DNA of 64,000 bases, taken from assembly GCA_051362555.1 (NCBI GenBank), contig CM120647.1, forward strand, positions 2,976,001 to 3,040,000, in the 5' to 3' direction. A program made the position numbers and the translations under genes. Source of the DNA: Lingula anatina. Taxonomy: Eukaryota > Animalia > Brachiopoda. Below, one piece after another: positions 37,801 through 52,800 of this stretch. Below the pieces are notes generated by a model that did no database searches, was not told the DNA's origin, and saw only the letters and a program-made list of their open reading frames with translations. Within the stretch, counting starts at the first letter, position 1. Each line of letters starts with the position of its first letter.

Positions 37801-40800
37801 AATTTATTGTCCGAAAAAATTTTTCTGTTTGACCGAGTCAACTGATAAGAATATCAGGGATTTTTATTGTTGTTATGCATCATTTTTCCAAATTTCACAA
37901 ATATTCGACTAGATTTGTCAAAATTATTAACGTTTAACTATTCTTTTGCCCTAGAATTTGGCAGTCTTTTTCATGTGATATTCAGTTTTCTTCAATTTAT
38001 ATGCTCTGAAAAGATCTTTTCCATAAAACATTGTCATCTGATAAGCTGATCACAGATTTATATTGTTGTTATGCATCATCTCACCGAATTTCACAACTAT
38101 TCGACTAGATTTGTCAAAATTATTAACGTTTAACTATTCTTTGCCCTGGAATTTGGCTGTCTTTTCAGTTTTCACAAATTTATTGTCCGAAAAAATCTTT
38201 TCTGTTTGACCGAGTCAACTGATAAGAATATCACAGATTTTTATTGTTATTATGCATCATCTTTCTAAATTTCACAAATATTCGACTAGATATGTCAAAA
38301 TTATTAACGTTTAACTATTCTTTTGCCCTGGAATTTGGCAGTCTTTTTCATGTGATATTCAGTTTTCTCAAATTTATATGCTCTGAAAACATCTTTTCCA
38401 TAAAACACTGTCATCTGATAAGCTTATCACAGATTCATATTGTTGTTTTGCATCATCTCACCGAATTTCACAACTATTCGACTAGATTTGTCAAAATTAT
38501 TAACGTTTAACTATTTTTTTCCCTGGAATTTGGCTGTCTTTTCAGTTTTCACAAATTTATTGTCCGAAAAAATCTTTTCTGTTTGACCGAGTCAACTGAT
38601 AAGAATATTACGGATTTTTATTGTTGTTATGCATCATCTTTCCAAATTTCACAAATATTTGACTAGATTTGTCAAAATTATTAACGTTTAACTATTTTTT
38701 TGCCCTGGAATTTGGCATTCTTTTTCATGTGATATTCAGTTTTCTCAAATTTATATGCTCTGAAAAGATCTTTTCCATAAAACACTGTCATCTGATAAGC
38801 TTATCACAGATTCATATTGTTGTTATGCATCATCTCACCGAATTTTACAACTTTTCGACTAGATTTGTCAAAATTATTAACGTTTAACTATTTTTTTCCC
38901 TGGAATTTGGCTGTCTTTTCAGTTTTCACAAATTTATTGTCCGAAAAAATCTTTTCTGTTTGACCGAGTCAACTGATAAGAACATCACGGATTTTTATTG
39001 TTGTTATGCATCATCTTTCCAAATTTCACAAATATTCGACTAGATTTGTCAAAATTATTAACGTTTAACTATCCTTTTGACCTGTAATTTGGCAGTCTTT
39101 TTCATGTGATATTCAGTTTTCTCAAATTTATATGCTCTGAAAATATCTTTTCCATAAAACACTGTCATCTGATAAGCTTATCACAGATTTATATTGTTGT
39201 TATGCATCATCTCACCGAATTTCACAACTATTCGACTAGATTTGTCAAAATTATTAACGTTTAACTATTCTTTGCCCTGGAATTTGGCTGTCTTTTCAGT
39301 TTTCACAAATTTATTGTCCGAAAAAATCTTTTCTGTTTGACCGAGTCAACTGATAAGAATATCACAGATTTTTATTGTTATTATGCATCATCTTTCCGAA
39401 TTTCACAAATATTCGACTAGATTTGTCAAAATTATTAACGTTTAACTATTCTTTTGCCCTGGAATTTGGCAGTCTTTTTCATGTGATATTCAGTTTTCTC
39501 AAATTTATATGCTCTGAAAATATCTTTTCCATAAAACACTGTCATCTGATAAGCTTATCACAGATTTATATTGTTGTTATGCATCATCTCACCGAATTTC
39601 ACAACTATTCGACTAGATTTGTCAAAATTATTAACGTTTAACTATTCTTTGCCCTGGAATTTGGCTGTCTTTTCAGTTTTCACAAATTTATTGTCCGAAA
39701 AAATCTTTTCTGTTTGACCGAGTCAACTGATAAGAATATCACAGATTTTTATTGTTATTATGCATCATCTTTCCGAATTTCACAAATATTCGACTAGATT
39801 TGTCAAAATTATTAACGTTTAACTATTCTTTTGCCCTGGAATTTGGCAGTCTTTTTCATGTGATATTCAGTTTTCTCAAATTTATATGCTCTGAAAAGAT
39901 CTTTTCCATAAAACACTGTCATCTGATAAGCTTATCACAGATTTATATTGTTGTTATGCATCTTCTCACCGAATTTCACAACTATTCGACTAGATTTGTC
40001 AAAATTATTAACGTTTAACTATTTTTTTCCCTGGAATTTGGCTGTCTTTTCAGTTTTCACAAATTTATTGTCCGAAAAAATCTTTTCTGTTTGACCGAGT
40101 CAACTGATAAGAATATCACGGATTTTTATTGTTGTTATGCATCATCTTTCCAAATTTCACAAATATTCGACTAGATTTGTCAAAATTATTAACGTTTAAC
40201 TATTTTTTTGCCCTGTAATTTGGCAGTCTTTTTCATGTGATATTCAGTTTTCTTCAATTTATATGCTCTGAAAAGATCTTTTCCATAAAACACTGTCATC
40301 TGATAAGCTTATCACAGATTTATATTGTTGTTATGCATCTTCTCACCGAATTTCACAACTATTCGACTAGATTTGTCAAAATTATTTACGTTTAACTATT
40401 TTTTTCCCTGGAATTTGGCTGTCTTTTCAGTTTTCACAAATTTATTGTCCGAAAAAATCTTTTCTGTTTGACCGAGTCAACTGATAAGAATATTACGGAT
40501 TTTTATTGTTGTTATGCATCATCTTTCCGAATTTCACAAATATTCGACTAGATTTGTCAAAATTATTAACGTTTAACTATTCTTTTGCCCTAGAATTTGG
40601 CATTCTTTTTCATGTGATATTCAGTTTTCTCAAATTTATATGCTCTGAAAAGATCTTTTCCATAAAACACTGTCATCTGATAAGCTTATCACAGATTCAT
40701 ATTGTTGTTATGCATCATCTCACCGAATTTTACAACTTTTCGACTAGATTTGTCAAAATTATTAACGTTTAACTATTTTTTTCCCTGGAATTTGGCTGTC

Positions 40801-43800
40801 TTTTCAGTTTTCACAAATTTATTGTCCGAAAAAAATCTTTTCTGTTTGACCGAGTCAACTGATAAGAATATCACGGATTTTTATTGTTGTTATGCATCAT
40901 CTTTCCAAATTTCACAAATATTCGACTAGATTTGTCAAAATTATTAACGTTTAACTATTTTTTTGCCCTGGAATTTGGCAGTCTTTTTAATGTGATATTC
41001 AGTTTTCTCAAATTTATATGCTCTGAAAACATCTTTTCCATAAAACACTGTCATCTGATAAGCTTATCACAGATTTATATTGTTGTTATGCATCATCTCA
41101 CCGAATTTCACAACTAATCGACTAGATTTGTCAAAATTATTAACGTTTAACTATTCTTTGCCCTGGAATTTGGCTGTCTTTTCAGTTTTCACAAATTTAT
41201 TGTCCGAAAAAATCTTTTCTGTTTGACCGAGTCAACTGATAAGAATATTACGGATTTTTATTGTTTTTATGCATCATCTTTCCAAATTTCACAAATATTC
41301 GACTAGATTTGTCAAAATTATTAACGTTTAACTATTTTTTTGCCCTAGAATTTGGCATTCTTTTTCATGTGATATTCAGTTTTCTCAAATTTATATGCTC
41401 TGAAAAGATCTTTTCCATAAAACACTGTCATCTGATAAGCTTATCACAGATTTATATTGTTGTTATGCATCATCTCACCGAATTTTACAACTTTTCGACT
41501 AGATTTGTCAAAATTATTAACGTTTAACTATTTTTTTCCCTGGAATTTGGCTGTCTTTTCAGTTTTCACAAATTTATTGTCCGAAAAAATCTTTTCTGTT
41601 TGACCGAGTCAACTGATAAGAATATCACGGATTTTTATTGTTGTTATGCATCATCTTTCCAAATTTCACAAATATTCGACTAGATTTGTCAAAATTATTA
41701 AGGTTTAACTATTCTTTTGCCCTAGAATTTGGCAGTCTTTTTCATGTGATATTCAGTTTTCTTCAATTTATATGCTCTGAAAAGATCTTTTCCATAAAAC
41801 ACTGTCATCTGATAAGCTTATCACAGATTTATATTGTTGTTATGCATCATCTCACCGAATTTCACAACTATTCGACTAGATTTGTCAAAATTATTAACGT
41901 TTAACAATTCTTTGCCCTGGAATTTGGCTGTCTTTTCAGTTTTCACAAATTTATTGTCCGAAAAAATCTTTTCTGTTTGACCGAGTCAACTGATAAGAAT
42001 ATCACGGATTTTTATTGTTGTTATGCATCATCTTTCCAAATTTCACAAATATTCGACTAGATTTGTCAAAATTATTAACGTTTAACTATTCTTTTGCCCT
42101 AGAATTTGGCAGTCTTTTTCATGTGATATTCAGTTTTCTTCAATTTATATGCTCTGAAAAGATCTTTTCCATAAAACACTGTCATCTGATAAGCTTATCA
42201 CAGATTCATATTGTTGTTATGCATCATCTCACCGAATTTTACAACTTTTCGACTAGATTTGTCAAAATTATTAACGTTTAACTATTTTTTTCCCTGGAAT
42301 TTGGCTGTCTTTTCAGTTTTCACAAATTTATTGTCCGAAAAAATCTTTTCTGTTTGACCGAGTCAACTGATAAGAATATCACGGATTTTTATTGTTGTTA
42401 TGCATCATCTTTCCAAATTTCACAAATATTCGACTAGATTTGTCAAAATTATTAAGGTTTAACTATTCTTTTGCCCTAGAATTTGGCAGTCTTTTTCATG
42501 TGATATTCAGTTTTCTTCAATTTATATGATCTGAAAAGATCTTTTCCATAAAACACTGTCATCTGATAAGCTTATCACAGATTTATATTGTTGTTATGCA
42601 TCATCTCACCGAATTTCACAACTATTCGACTAGATTTGTCAAAATTATTAACGTTTAACAATTCTTTGCCCTGGAATTTGGCTGTCTTTTCAGTTTTCAC
42701 AAATTTATTGTCCGAAAAAATCTTTTCTGTTTGACCGAGTCAACTGATAAGAATATCACGGATTTTTATTGTTGTTATGCATCATCTTTCCAAATTTCAC
42801 AAATATTCGACTAGATTTGTCAAAATTATTAACGTTTAACTATTCTTTTGCCCTAGAATTTGGCAGTCTTTTTCATGTGATATTCAGTTTTCTTCAATTT
42901 ATATGCTCTGAAAAGATCTTTTCCATAAAACATTGTCATCTGATAAGCTTATCACAGATTTATATTGTTGTTATGCATCTTCTCACCGAATTTCACAACT
43001 ATTCGACTAGATTTGTCAAAATTATTAACGTTTAACTATTTTTTTCCCTGGAATTTGGCTGTCTTTTCAGTTTTCACAAATTTATTGTCCGAAAAAATCT
43101 TTTCTGTTTGACCGAGTCAACTGATAAGAATATCACGGATTTTTATTGTTGTTATGCATCATCTTTCCAAATTTCACAAATATTCGACTAGATTTGTCAA
43201 AATTATTAACGTTTAACTATCCTTTTGCCCTGTAATTTGGCAGTCTTTTTCATGTGATATTCAGTTTTCTCAAATTTATATGCTCTGAAAATATCTTTTC
43301 CATAAAACACTGTCATCTGATAAGCTTATCACAGATTTATATTGTTGTTATGCATCATCTCACCGAATTTCACAACTATTCGACTAGATTTGTCAAAATT
43401 ATTAACGTTTAACTATTCTTTGCCCTGGAATTTGGCTGTCTTTTCAGTTTTCACAAATTTATTGTCCGAAAAAATCTTTTCTGTTTGACCGAGTCAACTG
43501 ATAAGAATATCACAGATTTTTATTGTTATTATGCATCATCTTTCCGAATTTCACAAATATTCGACTAGATTTGTCAAAATTATTAACGTTTAACTATTCT
43601 TTTGCCCTGGAATTTGGCAGTCTTTTTCATGTGATATTCAGTTTTCTCAAATTTATATGCTCTGAAAAGATCTTTTCCATAAAACACTGTCATCTGATAA
43701 GCTTGTCACAGATTTATATTGTTGTTATGCATCTTCTCACCGAATTTCACAACTATTCGACTAGATTTGTCAAAATTATTAACGTTTAACTATTTTTTTC

Positions 43801-46800
43801 CCTGGAATTTGGCTGTCTTTTCAGTTTTCACAAATTTATTGTCCGAAAAAATCTTTTCTGTTTGACCGAGTCAACTGATAAGAATATCACGGATTTTTAT
43901 TGTTGTTATGCATCATCTTTCCAAATTTCACAAATATTCGACTAGATTTGTCAAAATTATTAACGTTTAACTATTCTTTTGCCCTAGAATTTGGCAGTCT
44001 TTTTCATGTGATATTCAGTTTTCTTCAATTTATATGCTCTGAAAAGATCTTTTCCATAAAACACTGTCATCTGATAAGCTTATCACAGATTTATATTGTT
44101 GTTATGCATCATCTCACCGAATTTCACAACTATTCGACTAGATTTGTCAAAATTATTAACGTTTAACTATTCTTTGCCCTAGAATTTGGCTGTCTTTTCA
44201 GTTTTCACAAATTTATTGTCCGAAAAAATCTTTTCTGTTTGACCTGTCAACTGATAAGAATATTACGGATTTTTATTGTTGTTATGCATCATCTTTCCAA
44301 ATTTCACAAATATTTGACTAGATTTGTCAAAATTATTAACGTTTAACTATTTTTTTGCCCTGGAATTTGGCATTCTTTTTCATGTGATATTCAGTTTTCT
44401 CAAATTTATATGCTCTGAAAAGATCTTTTCCATAAAACACTGTCATCTGATAAGCTTATCACAGATTCATATTGTTGTTATGCATCATCTCACCGAATTT
44501 TACAACTTTTCGACTAGATTTGTCAAAATTATTAACGTTTAACTATTTTTTTCCCTGGAATTTGGCTGTCTTTTCAGTTTTCACAAATTTATTGTCCGAA
44601 AAAATCTTTTCTGTTTGACCGAGTCAACTGATAAGAATATCACGGATTTTTATTGTTGTTATGCATCATCTTTCCAAATTTCACAAATATTCGACTAGAT
44701 TTGTCAAAATTATTAACGTTTAACTATCCTTTTGCCCTGTAATTTGGCAGTCTTTTTCATGTGATATTCAGTTTTCTCAAATTTATATGCTCTGAAAATA
44801 TCTTTTCCATAAAACACTGTCATCTGATAAGCTTATCACAGATTTATATTGTTGTTATGCATCATCTCACCGAATTTCACAACTATTCGACTAGATTTGT
44901 CAAAATTATTAACGTTTAACTATTCTTTGCCCTGGAATTTGGCTGTCTTTTCAGTTTTCACAAATTTATTGTCCGAAAAAATCTTTTCTGTTTGACCGAG
45001 TCAACTGATAAGAATATCACAGATTTTTATTGTTATTATGCATCATCTTTCCGAATTTCACAAATATTCGACTAGATTTGTCAAAATTATTCACGTTTAA
45101 CTATTCTTTTGCCCTGGAATTTGGCAGTCTTTTTCATGTGATATTCAGTTTTCTCAAATTTATATGCTCTGAAAAGATCTTTTCCATAAAACACTGTCAT
45201 CTGATAAGCTTATCACAGATTTATATTGTTGTTATGCATCTTCTCACCGAATTTCACAACTATTCGACTAGATTTGTCAAAATTATTAACGTTTAACTAT
45301 TTTTTTCCCTGGAATTTGGCTGTCTTTTCAGTTTTCACAAATTTATTGTCCGAAAAAATCTTTTCTGTTTGACCGAGTCAACTGATAAGAATATCACGGA
45401 TTTTTATTGTTGTTATGCATCATCTTTCCAAATTTCACAAATATTCGACTAGATTTGTCAAAATTATTAACGTTTAACTATTCTTTTGCCCTAGAATTTG
45501 GCAGTCTTTTTCATGTGATATTCAGTTTTCTTCAATTTATATGCTCTGAAAAGATCTTTTCCATAAAACACTGTCATCTGATAAGCTTATCACAGATTTA
45601 TATTGTTGTTATGCATCATCTCACCGAATTTCACAACTATTCGACTAGATTTGTCAAAATTATTAACGTTTAACTATTCTTTGCCCTGGAATTTGGCTGT
45701 CTTTTCAGTTTTCACAAATTTATTGTCCGAAAAAATCTTTTCTGTTTGACCGAGTCAACTGATAAGAATATCACAGATTTTTATTGTTATTATGCATCAT
45801 CTCTCCGAATTTCACAAATATTCGACTAGATTTGTTTAAATTATTAACGTTTAACTATTCTTTTGCCCTGGAATTTGGCAGTCTTTTTCATGTGATATTC
45901 AGTTTTCTCAAATTTATATGCTCTGAAAAGATCTTTTCCATAAAACACTGTCATATGATAAGCTTATCACAGATTTATATTGTTGTTATGCATCTTCTCA
46001 CCGAATTTCACAACTATTCGACTAGATTTGTCAAAATTATTAACGTTTAACTATTTTTTTCCCTGGAATTTGGCTGTCTTTTCAGTTTTCACAAATTTAT
46101 TGTCCGAAAAAATCTTTTCTGTTTGACCGAGTCAACTGATAAGAATATTACGGATTTTTATTGTTGTTATGCATCATCTTTCCGAATTTCACAAATATTT
46201 GACTAGATTTGTCAAAATTATTAACGTTTAACTATTCTTTTGCCCTGGAATTTGGCAGTCTTTTTCATGTGATATTCAGTTTTCTCAAATTTATATGCTC
46301 TGAAAAGATCTTTTCCATAAAACACTGTCATCTGATAAGCTTATCACAGATTTATATTGTTGTTATGCATCATCTCACCGAATTTCACAACTATTCGACT
46401 AGATTTGTCAAAATTATTAACGTTTAACTATTTTTTGCCCTGGAATTTGGCTGTCTTTTCAGTTTTCACAAATTTATTGTCCGAAAAAATCTTTTCTGTT
46501 TGACCGAGTCAACTGATAAGAATATCACAGATTTTTATTGTTATTATGCATCATCTTTCCGAATTTCACAAATATTCGACTAGATTTGTCAAAATTATTA
46601 ACGTTTAACTATTCTTTTGCCCTGGAATTTGGCAGTCTTTTTCATGTGATATTCAGTTTTCTCAAATTTATATGCTCTGAAAAGATCTTTTCCATAAAAC
46701 ACTGTCATCTGATAAGCTTATCACAGATTTATATTGTTGTTATGCATCTTCTCACCGAATTTCACAACTATTCGACTAGATTTGTCAAAATTATTAACGT

Positions 46801-49800
46801 TTAACTATTTTTTTCCCTGGAATTTGGCTGTCTTTTCAGTTTTCACAAATTTATTGTCCGAAAAAATCTTTTCTGTTTGACCGAGTCAACTGATAAGAAT
46901 ATCACGGATTTTTATTGTTGTTATGCATCATCTTTCCAAATTTCACAAATATTCGACTAGATTTGTCAAAATTATTAACGTTTAACTATTCTTTTGCCCT
47001 AGAATTTGGCAGTCTTTTTCATGTGATATTCAGTTTTCTTCAATTTATATGCTCTGAAAAGATCTTTTCCATAAAACACTGTCATCTGATAAGCTTATCA
47101 CAGATTTATATTGTTGTTATGCATCATCTCACCGAATTTCACAACTATTCGACTAGATTTGTCAAAATTATTAACGTTTAACTATTCTTTGCCCTGGAAT
47201 TTGGCTGTCTTTTCAGTTTTCACAAATTTATTGTCCGAAAAAATCTTTTCTGTTTGACCGAGTCAACTGATAAGAATATCACAGATTTTTATTGTTATTA
47301 TGCATCATCTTTCCGAATTTCACAAATATTCGACTAGATTTGTTTAAATTATTAACGTTTAACTATTCTTTTGCCCTGGAATTTGGCAGTCTTTTTCATG
47401 TGATATTCAGTTTTCTCAAATTTATATGCTCTGAAAAGATCTTTTCCATAAAACACTGTCATATGATAAGCTTATCACAGATTTATATTGTTGTTATGCA
47501 TCTTCTCACCGAATTTCACAACTATTCGACTAGATTTGTCAAAATTATTAACGTTTAACTATTTTTTTCCCTGGAATTTGGCTGTCTTTTCAGTTTTCAC
47601 AAATTTATTGTCCGAAAAAATCTTTTCTGTTTGACCGAGTCAACTGATAAGAATATTACGGATTTTTATTGTTGTTATGCATCATCTTTCCGAATTTCAC
47701 AAATATTTGACTAGATTTGTCAAAATTATTAACGTTTAACTATTCTTTTGCCCTGGAATTTGGCAGTCTTTTTCATGTGATATTCAGTTTTCTCAAATTT
47801 ATATGCTCTGAAAAGATCTTTTCCATAAAACATTGTCATCTGATAAGCTTATCACAGATTTATATTGTTGTTATGCATCTTCTCACCGAATTTCACAACT
47901 ATTCGACTAGATTTGTCAAAATTATTAACGTTTAACTATTTTTTTCCCTGGAATTTGGCTGTCTTTTCAGTTTTCACAAATTTATTGTCCGAAAAAATCT
48001 TTTCTGTTTGACCGAGTCAACTGATAAGAATATTACAGATTTTTATTGTTGTTATGCATCATCTTTCCAAATTTCACAAATATTCGACTAGATTTGTCAA
48101 AATTATTAACGTTTAACTATTCTTTTGCCCTGGAATTTGGCAGTCTTTTTCATGTGATATTCAGTTTTCTCAAATTTATATGCTCTGAAAACATCTTTTC
48201 CATAAAACACTGTCATCTGATAAGCTTATCACAGATTTATATTGTTGTTATGCATCATCTCACCGAATTTTACAACTATTCGACTAGATTTGTCAAAATT
48301 ATTAACGTTTAACTATTCTTTGCCCTGGAATTTGGCTGTCTTTTCAGTTTTCACAAATTTATTGTCCGAAAAAATCTTTTCTGTTTGACCGAGTCAACTG
48401 ATAAGAATATCACGGATTTTTATTGTTGTTATGCATCATCTTTCCAAATTTCACAAATATTCGACTAGATTTGTCAAAATTATTAACGTTTAACTATCCT
48501 TTTGCCCTGTAATTTGGCAGTCTTTTTCATGTGATATTCAGTTTTCTCAAATTTATATGCTCTGAAAATATCTTTTCCATAAAACACTGTCATCTGATAA
48601 GCTTATCACAGATTTATATTGTTGTTATGCATCATCTCACCGAATTTCACAACTATTCGACTAGATTTGTCAAAATTATTAACGTTTAACTATTCTTTGC
48701 CCTGGAATTTGGCTGTCTTTTCAGTTTTCACAAATTTATTGTCCGAAAAAATCTTTTCTGTTTGACCGAGTCAACTGATAAGAATATCACAGATTTTTAT
48801 TGTTATTATGCATCATCTTTCCGAATTTCACAAATATTCGACTAGATTTGTCAAAATTATTAACGTTTAACTATTCTTTTGCCCTGGAATTTGGCAGTCT
48901 TTTTCATGTGATATTCAGTTTTCTCAAATTTATATGCTCTGAAAAGATCTTTTCCATAAAACACTGTCATCTGATAAGCTTATCACAGATTTATATTGTT
49001 GTTATGCATCTTCTCACCGAATTTCACAACTATTCGACTAGATTTGTCAAAATTATTAACGTTTAACTATTTTTTTCCCTGGAATTTGGCTGTCTTTTCA
49101 GTTTTCACAAATTTATTGTCCGAAAAAATCTTTTCTGTTTGACCGAGTCAACTGATAAGAATATCACGGATTTTTATTGTTGTTATGCATCATCTTTCCA
49201 AATTTCACAAATATTCGACTAGATTTGTCAAAATTATTAACGTTTAACTATTCTTTTGCCCTAGAATTTGGCAGTCTTTTTCATGTGATATTCAGTTTTC
49301 TTCAATTTATATGCTCTGAAAAGATCTTTTCCATAAAACACTGTCATCTGATAAGCTTATCACAGATTTATATTGTTGTTATGCATCATCTCACCGAATT
49401 TCACAACTATTCGACTAGATTTGTCAAAATTATTAACGTTTAACTATTCTTTGCCCTGGAATTTGGCTGTCTTTTCAGTTTTCACAAATTTATTGTCCGA
49501 AAAAATCTTTTCTGTTTGACCTGTCAACTGATAAGAATATTACGGATTTTTATTGTTGTTATGCATCATCTTTCCAAATTTCACAAATATTTGACTAGAT
49601 TTGTCAAAATTATTAACGTTTAACTATTTTTTTGCCCTGGAATTTGGCATTCTTTTTCATGTGATATTCAGTTTTCTCAAATTTATATGCTCTGAAAAGA
49701 TCTTTTCCATAAAACACTGTCATCTGATAAGCTTATCACAGATTCATATTGTTGTTATGCATCATCTCACCGAATTTTACAACTTTTCGACTAGATTTGT

Positions 49801-52800
49801 CAAAATTATTAACGTTTAACTATTTTTTTCCCTGGAATTTGGCTGTCTTTTCAGTTTTCACAAATTTATTGTCCGAAAAAATCTTTTCTGTTTGACCGAG
49901 TCAACTGATAAGAATATCACGGATTTTTATTGTTGTTATGCATCATCTTTCCAAATTTCACAAATATTCGACTAGATTTGTCAAAATTATTAACGTTTAA
50001 CTATCCTTTTGCCCTGTAATTTGGCAGTCTTTTTCATGTGATATTCAGTTTTCTCAAATTTATATGCTCTGAAAATATCTTTTCCATAAAACACTGTCAT
50101 CTGATAAGCTTATCACAGATTTATATTGTTGTTATGCATCATCTCACCGAATTTCACAACTATTCGACTAGATTTGTCAAAATTATTAACGTTTAACTAT
50201 TTTTTTCCCTGGAATTTGGCTGTCTTTTCAGTTTTCACAAATTTATTGTCCGAAAAAATCTTTTCTGTTTGACCGAGTCAACTGATAAGAATATCACGGA
50301 TTTTTATTGTTGTTATGCATCATCTTTCCGAATTTCACAAATATTCGACTAGATTTGTCAAAATTATTCACGTTTAACTATTCTTTTGCCCTGGAATTTG
50401 GCAGTCTTTTTCATGTGATATTCAGTTTTCTCAAATTTATATGCTCTGAAAAGATCTTTTCCATAAAACACTGTCATCTGATAAGCTTATCACAGATTTA
50501 TATTGTTGTTATGCATCTTCTCACCGAATTTCACAACTATTCGACTAGATTTGTCAAAATTATTAACGTTTAACTATTTTTTTCCCTGGAATTTGGCTGT
50601 CTTTTCAGTTTTCACAAATTTATTGTCCGAAAAAATCTTTTCTGTTTGACCGAGTCAACTGATAAGAATATCACGGATTTTTATTGTTGTTATGCATCAT
50701 CTTTCCAAATTTCACAAATATTCGACTAGATTTGTCAAAATTATTAACGTTTAACTATTCTTTTGCCCTAGAATTTGGCAGTCTTTTTCATGTGATATTC
50801 AGTTTTCTTCAATTTATATGCTCTGAAAAGATCTTTTCCATAAAACACTGTCATCTGATAAGCTTATCACAGATTTATATTGTTGTTATGCATCATCTCA
50901 CCGAATTTCACAACTATTCGACTAGATTTGTCAAAATTATTAACGTTTAACTATTCTTTGCCCTGGAATTTGGCTGTCTTTTCAGTTTTCACAAATTTAT
51001 TGTCCGAAAAAATCTTTTCTGTTTGACCGAGTCAACTGATAAGAATATCACGGATTTTTATTGTTGTTATGCATCATCTTTCCAAATTTCACAAATATTC
51101 GACTAGATTTGTCAAAATTATTAACGTTTAACTATCCTTTTGCCCTGTAATTTGGCAGTCTTTTTCATGTGATATTCAGTTTTCTCAAATTTATATGCTC
51201 TGAAAATATCTTTTCCATAAAACACTGTCATCTGATAAGCTTATCACAGATTTATATTGTTGTTATGCATCATCTCACCGAATTTCACAACTATTCGACT
51301 AGATTTGTCAAAATTATTAACGTTTAACTATTCTTTGCCCTGGAATTTGGCTGTCTTTTCAGTTTTCACAAATTTATTGTCCGAAAAAATCTTTTCTGTT
51401 TGACCGAGTCAACTGATAAGAATATCACAGATTTTTATTGTTATTATGCATCATCTTTCCGAATTTCACAAATATTCGACTAGATTTGTCAAAATTATTC
51501 ACGTTTAACTATTCTTTTGCCCTGGAATTTGGCAGTCTTTTTCATGTGATATTCAGTTTTCTCAAATTTATATGCTCTGAAAAGATCTTTTCCATAAAAC
51601 ACTGTCATCTGATAAGCTTATCACAGATTTATATTGTTGTTATGCATCTTCTCACCGAATTTCACAACTATTCGACTAGATTTGTCAAAATTATTAACGT
51701 TTAACTATTTTTTTCCCTGGAATTTGGCTGTCTTTTCAGTTTTCACAAATTTATTGTCCGAAAAAATCTTTTCTGTTTGACCGAGTCAACTGATAAGAAT
51801 ATCACGGATTTTTATTGTTGTTATGCATCATCTTTCCAAATTTCACAAATATTCGACTAGATTTGTCAAAATTATTAACGTTTAACTATTCTTTTGCCCT
51901 AGAATTTGGCAGTCTTTTTCATGTGATATTCAGTTTTCTCAAATTTATATGCTCTGAAAAGATCTTTTCCATAAAACACTGTCATCTGATAAGCTTATCA
52001 CAGATTTATATTGTTGTTATGCATCTTCTCACCGAATTTCACAACTATTCGACTAGATTTGTCAAAATTATTAACGTTTAACTATTTTTTTCCCTGGAAT
52101 TTGGCTGTCTTTTCAGTTTTCACAAATTTATTGTCCGAAAAAATCTTTTCTGTTTGACCGAGTCAACTGATAAGAATATTACGAATTTTTATTGTTGTTA
52201 TGCATCATCTTTCCAAATTTCACAAATATTCGACTAGATTTGTCAAAATTATTAACGTTTAACTATCCTTTTGCCCTGGAATTTGGCAGTCTTTTTCATG
52301 TGATATTCAGTTTTCTCAAATTTATATGCTCTGAAAACATCTTTTCCATAAAACACTGTCATCTGATAAGCTTATCACAGATTTATATTGTTGTTATGCA
52401 TCATCTCACCGAATTTTACAACTTTTCGACTAGATTTGTCAAAATTATTAACGTTTAACTATTTTTTTCCCTGGAATTTGGCTGTCTTTTCAGTTTTCAC
52501 AAATTTATTGTCCGAAAAAATCTTTTCTGTTTGACCGAGTCAACTGATAAGAATATCACGGATTTTTATTGTTGTTATGCATCATCTTTCCAAATTTCAC
52601 AAATATTCGACTAGATTTGTCAAAATTATTAACGTTTAACTATCCTTTTGCCCTAGAATTTGGCAGTCTTTTTCATGTGATATTCAGTTTTCTCAAATTT
52701 ATATGCTCTGAAAATATCTTTTCCATAAAACACTGTCATCTGATAAGCTTATCACAGATTTATATTGTTGTTATGCATCATCTCACCAAATTTCACAACT

